From positions 1 to 38,142 of the forward strand of contig DATBWN010000063.1 of the NCBI GenBank assembly GCA_036514755.1: 38,142 nt of DNA, read 5' to 3'. Shown here piece by piece: positions 1 through 7,740 of the stretch. This DNA comes from Dehalococcoidia bacterium (GTDB taxonomy: Bacteria; Chloroflexota; Dehalococcoidia; DSTF01; WHTK01). The notes beneath the pieces are model-generated. The model ran no database searches. It worked only from the letters and a program-made list of their open reading frames with translations, and had not been told where the DNA came from. Position numbers and translations under genes: made by a program. The stretch's first letter is position 1, and every line of letters starts with the position of its first letter.

Positions 1-25
1 CGTGAGCCTCAGCCGGAGAAGGATC

Positions 26-51
26 GAAGGCCAGACTTAAGTCTGGCCTTC
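26..51. terminator. Perfect 26-bp palindrome GAAGGCCAGACTTAAGTCTGGCCTTC (hairpin / REP-like element)
   Basis: The sequence is its own reverse complement. A near-identical copy (1 mismatch) lies at 28578..28603 between convergent genes. No T-tract follows it. Confidence 0.4.
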
Positions 52-446
52 CCACTTATCGCATCGCTTCAAGCCGGCCGCCACCGGGTTGCCGCGGGCG
101 GCGCGCGCGGTTATGATCACTTCTTGGCGGGGAGAGGAGCAGGCTTCTGCTGCGACCCGCCGTACTCCTGAGACCCCTTCTGCTCTACTTCGTCCTCGTC
201 ATCATCTTCGCCGTCGCGTTCTCCGTCGCCTGCGGCGGCGGCGGGCCGGAGGCGACGCCGACCGAGCCGGCGCCGCCGGCGGACGCCGCGGCCATCCGAG
301 AGGTCGATTTCTCGCGCGTTGCCGAGGTCCAGTCGCTGCTGGGTCGGCTGGGCAGCGGTAGCCTGGACGCCGCCGCGGCGGTCTACGCGGACCTCAGCGG
401 CGACCGGCGCGAGGAGGCGATCCTGCCCATCAGCTCCGGCGGCACG

Positions 447-716
447 TTGGGCAACCTGGCCTACCTTGTGTTCACCCTGCGCGACTCGGCGCCGACGCTC
501 GTCCTCTCGCGCACCGTCGACCGCGCAACCGCGGGCGGCCTGCGCATGGCGGTGGAGGATGACAAGCTAGTGGAGACGGCGGGCGAGTTCGGGCCGGAGG
601 ACCCGCTCTGCTGCCCGAGCCTGCTGCGTAAGACGACCTTTCGCTGGGATGGCACGCGGCTCCAGGTGGAGCGAGAGGAGAAGGTGCCGAACCCCGGCGC
701 CCAGGACAAGGACTGA
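447..716 (+). CDS. Putative secreted protein or lipoprotein; only the 3' part has a canonical start, and the frame is open from 117
   Basis: The ORF track gives a TTG start at 447. The same frame is open from 117 and reads ...RPLLLYFVLVIIFAVAFSVACGGGGPEATPTEPAPP..., a signal-peptide-like hydrophobic stretch ending in Cys followed by a Gly/Pro/Thr linker. There is no ATG/GTG/TTG in that frame between 117 and 447 (only CTG at 147, 150, 168, 180). An ATG at 113 is in another frame. The 5' end is therefore unresolved. Confidence 0.4.
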   Translation: MGNLAYLVFTLRDSAPTLVLSRTVDRATAGGLRMAVEDDKLVETAGEFGPEDPLCCPSLLRKTTFRWDGTRLQVEREEKVPNPGAQDKD

Positions 717-756
717 GCTGACCGTGAGCGGTGTGCCTCATCCAGGCGCGCCGATT

Positions 757-762
757 TATAAT
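757..762 (+). promoter_or_regulatory. Candidate -10 box (TATAAT) for tRNA-Val
   Basis: A perfect TATAAT hexamer lies 24 nt upstream of the tRNA 5' end, in a local AT-rich patch (GATTTATAATCG). I saw no convincing -35 element. Confidence 0.3.
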
Positions 763-785
763 CGTTGAGGCAGAGACGTCCTCGA

Positions 786-862
786 GGGCGATTAGCTCAG
801 CTGGTCAGAGCGTCTGTTTTACACACAGAAGGTCGCAGGTTCGAGCCCTGCATCGCCCACCA
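786..862 (+). tRNA. tRNA-Val (anticodon TAC), CCA encoded
   Basis: Hand-folded cloverleaf. Acceptor stem GGGCGAT/ATCGCCC. D stem GCTC/GAGC. Anticodon stem TCTGT/ACAGA with loop TTTACAC (anticodon TAC at 820..822). T stem GCAGG/CCTGC with loop TTCGAGC. Discriminator A followed by CCA. Confidence 0.9.
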
Positions 863-864
863 AG
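816..864 (+). repeat. att site (left), 49-bp direct repeat inside tRNA-Val 3' half
   Basis: GTTTTACACACAGAAGGTCGCAGGTTCGAGCCCTGCATCGCCCACCAAG is identical to 15571..15619. It runs from the anticodon stem through CCA plus 2 nt. Confidence 0.9.
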
Positions 865-920
865 ACCTAGATTCGATTTGAGGCAAAGGGAAGGCCTTCG
901 GTAGCGTCCTGAGGGCCATT

Positions 921-942
921 TGACGCCAACGCTGACGCCAAC
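921..942 (+). repeat. Tandem TGACGCCAAC x2 (candidate integrase arm-type sites, int-proximal end)
   Basis: TGACGCCAAC-GC-TGACGCCAAC sits ~57 bp inside the left att core. The same tandem is found inside the right end (15414..15435). Confidence 0.55.
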
Positions 943-952
943 CCGCGCAGAA

Positions 953-2080
953 TCAGGCCCTGAGCAACGTCTCCATGGCTTCGACGGCCTGTCGCTGCAT
1001 GGTAGGGGTCACGTGGCTGTAGAGGTCGAGGGTGATGCTGACGCGGCTGTGGCCGAGGCGTTCCGAGACGATCTTCGGATGGATACCCTGGCCGAGCAGG
1101 AGTGTCGCGGCAGTGTGGCGGAGGTCGTGGAAGCGAATCCGCGGGACGCCTGCTTTCGCAAGGAGCGGCTCGAAAGAGCGGCGCCGGAGGTTCGTGTCCT
1201 CAATGGGCTTCCCGACTTCGTTGGCAAAGACGAGGTCGTTGTCTTGCCAAGCTGGACCCTTGAGCAGGCGCTCGGCTGTTTGATTAACCCTGTGACGCCG
1301 AAGTCCGTCGATGGCCAGGCCACCGATGGAAACGTGGCGCCGGCTGCCGGCGGTCTTGGGTTCCGAAATCGTCATGCCTTCCTTCGTCCTTAGAAGCGTC
1401 CCGCGGACAGAGAGGGAGCCCGCGTCCAGGTCAACGTCTCTCCAGCGCAGAGCAAGCAACTCACCGAGACGCATCCCGGTAGTCAGCGCCAGCACATAGA
1501 GAGCCTCTAGGCGGTCTCCCGTCGCGGCATTCAGGAAGCGCCGCGCCTGCTCCGGGTCGAGGGTGCGCATTTCGTGACGCTGAACCCTCGGCGGCGTTAC
1601 CAGGTCGGCGACTTTGCGATGTACTAGGCTCCACCGTGCCGCCTGCTCAAGAGCGCGATGGATTACTGCGTGAAGGTGGCGAACGCTTTGCGGGCTGAGG
1701 CCGGCGGCGAGTCGCTCGGAGTAAAGGCGCTGCAGATGTTGAGGGGTCAGCCGGGAGAGGATCACGCGGCCGATGCCTGGACTAACGTGAAGTCGAATGA
1801 GGCCTTCGTAGGTGACATGTGTCCGGGTCCGTAACGCAGGTTTCGCTGATTCGAGCCAGCTCGCGAGAAACTGAGCGACCGTCTGGCGCTCGTTGACGAC
1901 GGGCAGCCCGTCGCGATGCTTCTTCATGGCGTCGATCAGCTTGCCATTGACCTCCGCCCGCGTCTTACCGAAAAAGTCCTTGCGCTTTCCAATGGGAAGC
2001 GTCATGCGGGCGGTCCAACGCCCGTCCTTGCGCTTGTAGACGCTACCTTCGCCGTTCGCCCGCTTTCTTTCCTTAGCCAT
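953..2080 (-). CDS. int: Tyrosine recombinase / phage-type integrase
   Basis: 375 aa. N-terminal GSVYKRKDGRWTARM (arm-binding-type motif). Catalytic signature LALRWRD (Arg), HDLRHTAATLLL (His-x-x-Arg) and LGHSRVSITLDLYSHV (His, Tyr). Lies 90 bp from tRNA-Val. Confidence 0.92.
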   Translation of the reverse strand: MAKERKRANGEGSVYKRKDGRWTARMTLPIGKRKDFFGKTRAEVNGKLIDAMKKHRDGLPVVNERQTVAQFLASWLESAKPALRTRTHVTYEGLIRLHVSPGIGRVILSRLTPQHLQRLYSERLAAGLSPQSVRHLHAVIHRALEQAARWSLVHRKVADLVTPPRVQRHEMRTLDPEQARRFLNAATGDRLEALYVLALTTGMRLGELLALRWRDVDLDAGSLSVRGTLLRTKEGMTISEPKTAGSRRHVSIGGLAIDGLRRHRVNQTAERLLKGPAWQDNDLVFANEVGKPIEDTNLRRRSFEPLLAKAGVPRIRFHDLRHTAATLLLGQGIHPKIVSERLGHSRVSITLDLYSHVTPTMQRQAVEAMETLLRA

Positions 2081-2101
2081 GATGGCCTCCCTTCTTGGTC
2101 T

Positions 2102-3556
2102 TCAGCGCTTATTCCGAGTCCTGTAGACCCGCTGGTGGTATCGGTTGCTGCATTTCGAGCTGCAGAAGACTTGGTCTGTACGCGTGGGCTCGAAGACTTC
2201 GTGGCACTCCTGGCAGATACGACCACTCGCGCGGTCGTTGAGAATGTCATCGAAGAGCTGGAGCCATGCTGACGAAAGAGGAGTGCGAGGAAGGAAGCGC
2301 AGCCTTGCCTTGCTCCTTCGAAGGTCAGTCTTCCCTATAGTTGCGTCCGGCGGGAAGTAAGAGTGGCCGGCCTGCGGTCGCACGGCTCCGATGTGGGAGT
2401 TGATTAGGTCCTGTAGGTGAAGCTCAGTCCAAAAGATGAGGACGCGATGCGACGGCTTCAGCGGCGCGTACTCGTGGTCAAAGAGCCAGAGCCGGCCGTC
2501 CGGCCTCTTGCGCCAAAGGGACGCGACCACGTCGCTCTTGTCTCCGAGGCGATAGCGACGAAGGGCGTCCCAGATGCGAGCTGCCCTGCGCAGTGCGAGG
2601 GCTTCTTGGAGAATCCAGCCCACGGCGTTGGCGTGTTCGACCTCTGGGTTAGCCGAGAAGAAGTCGGAGTGAAGCCAGTAGAAGCGGTCGCTCACGTAAT
2701 GGTAGAAGGAGTGCCTATAGGAGTCGCTTGTTGGCGGCTCCACCTTAGCCTGTTCGGTCTCTTCCAGGAGCTTCTTCTCCAGCGAAGCCTTCCGCTCCTT
2801 TAGCCGAGCCCATCGCTCGGCAGGGGAAGGTGGGTCAAATCGGAATGGTGTCCCGAAAACACGGAGACCCGGTACTGAAGACGGTACGCGCAGATCGAGT
2901 CCGTCGAGGAGACTCGCCTTCCCGGGCTCATCGTTCGGCGCCGTTACCCCCGAGGGCTCCGAAGCTTCGTCGAGCAGGCCGTCGAAGCTAGCTAGTTCTT
3001 GTTCGACAGCCTCCAGCTCGTCGATTGCGCTCTTCAGCGCGTAAGGAATCTCTATTCGGCCGAACCTGGCTTGGTCGCCAACGCAGTCGCAGCCCGCGTG
3101 CTTGTCCCATTCGAGCAGGCCAAACGCTCTCACGAACTGCTCTGTCAGGGCTACGGCCTTCGTCGAAGGGCTGTAGCAGAGACCAAGCGCTTCGTCTCCG
3201 AGGTCGTCCGTTGAGCAAACACGCTCCGACAGCTCAACTAAGGCCTTGTAGAGGTTCGCTCCGCCGTTCTCTATCAGCAGGTCGAAGCGTTCGCCTTCTT
3301 CGTACGGTGGGTAAACCACAACGATGGGCTCGTCCTTGCCGTGGTCGCCACTGAAACTTTCGATGCGGCACGGGCCACGGTAGGACTTCCCCTCAGCGAG
3401 CCTCGACAGGTCGAGCGAGAACTCTCGCGGCTCCAGGCGGCGATTAGAGCGGCGACGCTTTCGTAAGGGCTCTGTAAGCTCCTGTGATTGATAAGGCTTC
3501 AATAAGGAGTTATCAGCCCCCTCTAAACGGGTCTGCGACTTGCGATCTTCGACCAT
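2102..3556 (-). CDS. Hypothetical 484-aa protein with C-terminal Cys4 zinc-ribbon-like tail
   Basis: Long ORF with non-shadow amino-acid composition. The C-terminus CQECHEVFEPTRTDQVFCSSKCSNRYHQRVYRTRNKR resembles the C-x2-C...FCS-x2-C...YR-x-R tails common on actinobacterial mobile-element proteins. I recognise no other domain. Confidence 0.6.
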   Translation of the reverse strand: MVEDRKSQTRLEGADNSLLKPYQSQELTEPLRKRRRSNRRLEPREFSLDLSRLAEGKSYRGPCRIESFSGDHGKDEPIVVVYPPYEEGERFDLLIENGGANLYKALVELSERVCSTDDLGDEALGLCYSPSTKAVALTEQFVRAFGLLEWDKHAGCDCVGDQARFGRIEIPYALKSAIDELEAVEQELASFDGLLDEASEPSGVTAPNDEPGKASLLDGLDLRVPSSVPGLRVFGTPFRFDPPSPAERWARLKERKASLEKKLLEETEQAKVEPPTSDSYRHSFYHYVSDRFYWLHSDFFSANPEVEHANAVGWILQEALALRRAARIWDALRRYRLGDKSDVVASLWRKRPDGRLWLFDHEYAPLKPSHRVLIFWTELHLQDLINSHIGAVRPQAGHSYFPPDATIGKTDLRRSKARLRFLPRTPLSSAWLQLFDDILNDRASGRICQECHEVFEPTRTDQVFCSSKCSNRYHQRVYRTRNKR

Positions 3557-3568
3557 CGCCTAGATTAT

Positions 3569-3587
3569 GGACGCAGGCGTTGCGTCC
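3569..3587. promoter_or_regulatory. Palindromic operator candidate GGACGCA-n5-TGCGTCC in divergent intergenic region
   Basis: Perfect 7-bp inverted arms lie between the divergent genes 2102..3556(-) and 3620..3802(+), next to TAGATTAT. GGACGC also occurs within the TTGGAC repeats at 6343 and 6430. Confidence 0.35.
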
Positions 3588-3619
3588 GTCAAGCTGCGCC
3601 GAGGTTCTGGAGGAACAGG

Positions 3620-3802
3620 ATGGACGACAAGCTCTTGCTGACGATCCCTGAGGCCGCGCAGCGCGTCGGCCTCGGCCGGAGCAAGCTCTACGAGTTGATT
3701 CAGGCTGGCGACGTGCCGGTGGTAAGGATCGGGCGAGCCGTTCGCATCTCGGCTGAACGCCTGCGCGAGTGGACAGAGAAGCTGGAGCGCGAGCAGGCGT
3801 GA
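3620..3802 (+). CDS. xis: Excisionase-family helix-turn-helix DNA-binding protein
   Basis: 60 aa. LLTIPEAAQRVGLGRSKLYELIQAGDVPVVRIGRAVRI is the typical excisionase/MerR-like HTH_17 pattern. Confidence 0.8.
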   Translation: MDDKLLLTIPEAAQRVGLGRSKLYELIQAGDVPVVRIGRAVRISAERLREWTEKLEREQA

Positions 3803-5919
3803 CCTCCGCGGCCGTTAGCCGAGAGCAGCGCTGGCACCGCTCGAATCCCTGCCCCGTCTGCGGCGGCTGGCCCGGACTCCCGCAGGGCCAGGGGCGGCGC
3901 TGTCACGGTTTCCTGTCGGCGGATGGCCTTTACGCCCACTGCTCCCGCGAGGAGTACAGCGGCGCCATGCAGCCCGGCCGCGACGACCTCTACGCTCACC
4001 TTCTCGCGGGTGCGTGTCGCTGCGGGCGTCAGCATGGAGCCAATGCGGCGCCTGCCAGTGGCATAAACGGAGCGAAAACGGGCAAGCGCCTGGCCATGAC
4101 GACCCGGTATGAGGTCCGCGACGTTGACGGCCAGCTTGTTGCGGTCCACGTCCGCCGCGACAAACCGGATGGCTCGAAGTCGTTTGCCTGGGCGCGGCCG
4201 GACGGCACGTCGGGCCTGGGCGGGCGTCGCGTCGAGACGCTGCCGCTGTACGGCGCCGAGAAGCTTCGGGAGCTGTCGGACGGCGCCGAGGTCGTCATCA
4301 CGGAGGGCGAGAAGGCATGCGAAGCGCTGCGGGCGCGAGGCGTCGCCGCCCTCGCTACCGTCACAGGCGCACACGGCGCACCTGGCGACGAAGCGCTCCG
4401 CCCGCTGGTGCACCTTGAGCCTGTCCTCTGGGCCGATAACGACGACGAGGGCCGGCGCCACATGGAGCGCATCGCCGCCCGCCTCCGTGCTCTCGGAGCC
4501 CGACCTCGCGTCGTGGCTTGGCCTGATGTGCCTCCAAAGGGCGACGCCGCCGACTTCACGGGTTCGGACGAGGAAGTGCGCGACCTGCTGGACGCGGCGC
4601 GGCCGTGGCAGGCCCCGTCAGGTATCGATCTAGCCGCGCTCCTGGATCAGGTTGTCGCGTTCATCCGCCGGTACGTGGTGATGGACGCGCGGCAGGTGGA
4701 CGCCGCGGCACTCTGGGTCGCACACACGCACGTCATCGAGGTGGCCGACGTAACACCCTACTTGCACGTCACATCGGCGGAGAAGCGGAGCGCAAAGACT
4801 CTCCTGCTGGAGGTCGCCGAGTTGCTGGTAGCGAAGGCATGGCCGACAGGTCGCGTCACCGCAGCAGTTCTGGCCCGAAAGGTGGATGCGGAGCAGCCGA
4901 CGCTTCTCCTAGATGAGAGCGATGCTGCCTTCAATGGCGACAAGGAGTATGGGGAGACGCTGCGAGGCATTCTGAACACTGGCTACCGGCGGGGAGGTGC
5001 CTACTCATGCTGCGTCGGACAGGGCGCCAACCTCACATATCGCGACTTCTCAACCTTTGGGCCGAAGGCTATCGCTGGCCTCGGAAGGCTGCCGGACACG
5101 GTTGCGGATCGGTGCATTCGGATCGAGCTGAAGCGCCAGGCGCCGAACGAGAAGGCAGCGAAGTTCCGTCGGCGTAGGGTCGAGCCGGAGGCGAAGCTAA
5201 TCAGGCGTGATCTGGAGCGCTGGGCGGTCGTTGGCGCACCTATGCTGGGCGATGCGGAGCCGGAAGTACCCGACGCCCTGGACGACCGGGCTGGCGACGT
5301 ATGGGAGCCACTGTTCGCCATCGCTGACCTCGCGGGCGGCGATTGGCCTCAGCGGGCCCGCAGTGCTGCTCTGTCCCTGTCTGCCGGCGACGGGCGCGAG
5401 GACGACTCGCTCGGGGTCCGGCTGCTGTGCGACATCAAGGCCGTCTTCGAGGAGAGGGGAGTCGAGCGTCTACCTAGCGGCGAGCTTGCTACGGCCTTAC
5501 AGCGGATCGAAGAGTCGCCCTGGGGCGACCTGCGTGGCAAGCCCATTGACCCGCCCGGGCTGGCCCGGAGGCTGAAACCTTACGGCGTGAAACCCAAGAA
5601 CGTCCGCCTTGCCCACGACCGCCAGGCGAAGGGATACGAACGGGCGGACTTCGAGGACGCTTGGCGTCGCTACATGCCCAATCAGCCGTCCCACCCGTCC
5701 CAAGCGTCCCAAAGCTCGGATTCAGCTTGGGCGGTTGGGACGGCTGGGACGCCTGGGACGGGCAATCCGGGTGTCGGGAAGACTGACTCGAAGGGCGACG
5801 GTCTCTTCGCCGAGGACCCGGTGGCCTGCCCCGAGTGCGCCGCCCTCATCCCCCCGCCGGCTCGACACTCTGCGCCGCTGCGGGGCAAAGGGCAGCAAGC
5901 TTGTCGCGTATGCCCTTGA
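3799..5919 (+). CDS. Primase-like replication protein: N-terminal Zn-binding motif + Toprim + DUF3631-type domain
   Basis: CPVCGGWPG...CHGF...HC zinc motif. Toprim signature VVITEGEKACEAL ... LWADNDDEGRRH. DUF3631-like block LDQVVAFIRRYVV...AAALWVAHTH...LLLDESDAAF...RGILNTGYRRGG...FGPKAIAGLG..LPDTVADRCIRIEL. The ORF track starts at 3769; I prefer GTG 3799, which overlaps the xis stop as GTGA. Confidence 0.8.
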   Translation: MTSAAVSREQRWHRSNPCPVCGGWPGLPQGQGRRCHGFLSADGLYAHCSREEYSGAMQPGRDDLYAHLLAGACRCGRQHGANAAPASGINGAKTGKRLAMTTRYEVRDVDGQLVAVHVRRDKPDGSKSFAWARPDGTSGLGGRRVETLPLYGAEKLRELSDGAEVVITEGEKACEALRARGVAALATVTGAHGAPGDEALRPLVHLEPVLWADNDDEGRRHMERIAARLRALGARPRVVAWPDVPPKGDAADFTGSDEEVRDLLDAARPWQAPSGIDLAALLDQVVAFIRRYVVMDARQVDAAALWVAHTHVIEVADVTPYLHVTSAEKRSAKTLLLEVAELLVAKAWPTGRVTAAVLARKVDAEQPTLLLDESDAAFNGDKEYGETLRGILNTGYRRGGAYSCCVGQGANLTYRDFSTFGPKAIAGLGRLPDTVADRCIRIELKRQAPNEKAAKFRRRRVEPEAKLIRRDLERWAVVGAPMLGDAEPEVPDALDDRAGDVWEPLFAIADLAGGDWPQRARSAALSLSAGDGREDDSLGVRLLCDIKAVFEERGVERLPSGELATALQRIEESPWGDLRGKPIDPPGLARRLKPYGVKPKNVRLAHDRQAKGYERADFEDAWRRYMPNQPSHPSQASQSSDSAWAVGTAGTPGTGNPGVGKTDSKGDGLFAEDPVACPECAALIPPPARHSAPLRGKGQQACRVCP

Positions 5920-6189
5920 GTTGGGCGCGAGACAGCTCTGCTGGAGCTGCGGCAAGGCGGCAGGTAGTGATCCGGATGGCTGCCTCGCGTGTTACGCGGC
6001 TATTCTTGGAGCGGAGCGCCGGAGAGTGTTGGTGAAGTCAGACTAGAGACGGGCTGAGTTTGACCCGTCAGTCGCAGCTCACTGAAACAGAGTCCGCGTC
6101 GAATGGTCGTTGTATTTGAATCAGCACGGGAGCAACGAGACACGAAGGGCATTCGTGCATCTCGTCTTAGTCAAACTCCTCAACTCGTA

Positions 6190-6435
6190 GTCCAACGTGA
6201 ATGAGTCAAAGAAATCAGAAAAGTATATTAGCCACGCTCATATTTTTGCTCCTACGCTGGTCCAATCGGCCGACGAGAAACCCAGGCAGAGGTACCCGCT
6301 GCCATCCGGCGGGGACGCTTCGCGTCTCGTTCCAGCCACAAGTTGGACGCGGCCGTCTTCGACCTTGCGCGAAGTTGGAGTAGAGAGCAGGAGTTCTTGG
6401 ACCTTCGAGCGCGGGGCGTTGGACTGTAATTGGAC
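6190..6435. promoter_or_regulatory. AT-rich tract plus phased TTGGAC/GTCCAA hexamer array (candidate origin or operator region)
   Basis: GTCCAA at 6190 and 6260. The inverse TTGGAC occurs at 6343, 6397, 6419 and 6430, plus TTGGAG at 6375. Spacings in the right-hand array are 32, 22, 22 and 11 bp. A conspicuously AT-rich stretch lies at ~6197..6250. Confidence 0.4.
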
Positions 6436-6458
6436 GTGCCATCGCTAGCATTGGGCGC

Positions 6459-6677
6459 ATGAAGGTTCAGGACATGGCCACTGAGAGCGCTCTGCGCCTG
6501 CTTCTTACTGTGGACGAGGTGGCCGAGCGCCTGGGATTAGGACGCACTAAGGTCTACGAGCTTCTCGGGCGCGGCGAGATCGCCTCTGTGCGCATCGGAA
6601 CGGCGCGCCGGGTGCCAGCGAGCGCGCTAGAGGCTTACGTCGAGCGGCTCCTCAGAGAACAGAGTGAGAGCGCCTAG
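6459..6677 (+). CDS. Excisionase-family HTH DNA-binding protein (paralogue of 3620..3802)
   Basis: 72 aa. LLLTVDEVAERLGLGRTKVYELLGRGEIASVRIGTARRV aligns position-by-position with the first Xis-like protein. Confidence 0.75.
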   Translation: MKVQDMATESALRLLLTVDEVAERLGLGRTKVYELLGRGEIASVRIGTARRVPASALEAYVERLLREQSESA

Positions 6678-7738
6678 ACTTTGCGGAACCGGCCGTGCTC
6701 CCCGACCAGGCCCCGAGGGCGAACGTAAACGCGCTTGCCCGGCTCGCTAGTGACAGTCCCCAGATCGAAGGCCTTGTAGCCTGTCTTCGCCGCGATCTCT
6801 ATCGTGCGGATGGCATCGGCCTTCGGGACGACCGCGACGAAGCCAATTCCCATGTTGTACACGAGTAACATCTCCTCGTCGGAGATTCCACCGCGCTCCT
6901 GGATCAAGTTGAAGATAGCCGGTGCTTCTGGCAGGCGCTCCAGATTAAACGTCACGTCAGCCTCGACGCGAGCAAGGTTGAGGAAGCCATCGCTGGTGAT
7001 GTGCGCGAGCGCCTTCACGTCCACGGCCGACGCCAGCAGCTCTTTGGCGAAGCGAACGTAAATCGTGGTGGGCCGGAGCAGCTCTTCTCCAACCTTGCAG
7101 CCGAGCTCCGGCAGGTGCTCAGACAGGTTCGGGAGCGCCCTGCGCGCGAGCGTGAGCCCATTGCTATGAACGCCAGAGCTGGCCAATCCGATGATCGCGT
7201 CGCCAGATCGAATGCTCTTACCAGTTATCACGCGGTCCAAAGCGACAGTGCCAATACAGGTGCCGACCAGGTCGAAGCCCGAACCCTCAGACACGCCCTT
7301 GATCATGTCTGGAATCTGGGCAAGTTCGCCGCCAGGGATCGAGATTTCGGCCTGACGGGCACCCTCAGCGAACCCAATGCCGAGCTGCTCTAGTAGGTGA
7401 TCGTCCGGCTTCTCGACGGCGATGTAGTCGACCATGCTGATGGGCGTCGCGCCGACGCAGATTACGTCGTTGACGTTCATGGCGACGCAGTCGATGCCGA
7501 TGGTGTCGAACTTTTCGAGGGCCTCCGCGACGAGGATTTTCGTGCCCACGCCATCTGTCGAGATGGCGATGCCGAGATTAGGTGCAACTGGGATGACATT
7601 GGCGTAGTAGCCGAAACCTATGACGGGCCGGGCGTTCGGGGCGAAGTCGAAAGTGGGCGCGAGGCGCTTCAGGAGCGCCTTGAAGCCTGGCATCTCGTCA
7701 GCCGACTTGACTCCGGCACGGCTGTAGGCGGTCTGCAT
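6674..7738 (-). CDS. PurM-like protein (AIR synthase / PurM superfamily)
   Basis: ISTDGVGTKILVA, GIDCVAMNVNDVICVGATP, IPGGELAQ, GLASSGVHSNGLTLARRAL and VYNMGIGFV match the PurM architecture over the full length. ATG 7738 is preferred (GAGG upstream); the ORF-track TTG start is at 7744. Confidence 0.8.
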   Translation of the reverse strand: MQTAYSRAGVKSADEMPGFKALLKRLAPTFDFAPNARPVIGFGYYANVIPVAPNLGIAISTDGVGTKILVAEALEKFDTIGIDCVAMNVNDVICVGATPISMVDYIAVEKPDDHLLEQLGIGFAEGARQAEISIPGGELAQIPDMIKGVSEGSGFDLVGTCIGTVALDRVITGKSIRSGDAIIGLASSGVHSNGLTLARRALPNLSEHLPELGCKVGEELLRPTTIYVRFAKELLASAVDVKALAHITSDGFLNLARVEADVTFNLERLPEAPAIFNLIQERGGISDEEMLLVYNMGIGFVAVVPKADAIRTIEIAAKTGYKAFDLGTVTSEPGKRVYVRPRGLVGEHGRFRKV

Positions 7739-7740
7739 GG

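Noticed and set aside
89-570. ORFs 89..361(+) and 319..570(+)
   Set aside because: Arg/Ala-rich frames that overlap the frame encoding a convincing signal peptide and globular sequence. ATG 113 is only noted as a possible frameshifted start of that gene.
3700-4633. ORFs 3700..4461(-), 4029..4559(-) and 4109..4633(+) inside the primase gene
   Set aside because: They overlap the Toprim/DUF3631 gene, whose frame carries the recognisable motifs. These alternatives have shadow composition.
5921-6046. 41-codon TTG-initiated ORF with CxxC...CxxC (LGARQLCWSCGKAAGSDPDGCLACYAAIL...) just after the primase stop
   Set aside because: It could be a tiny zinc-ribbon protein. However, it has no SD, a weak TTG start and is very short, and it overlaps other equally plausible frames (5835..6035). 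The support is insufficient to call it.
6197-6460. Three small ORFs (6197..6448+, 6201..6383+, 6215..6460-) in the AT-rich gap
   Set aside because: They are mutually overlapping, have no SD and odd composition, and lie in a region better explained by the repeat array and AT-rich tract.
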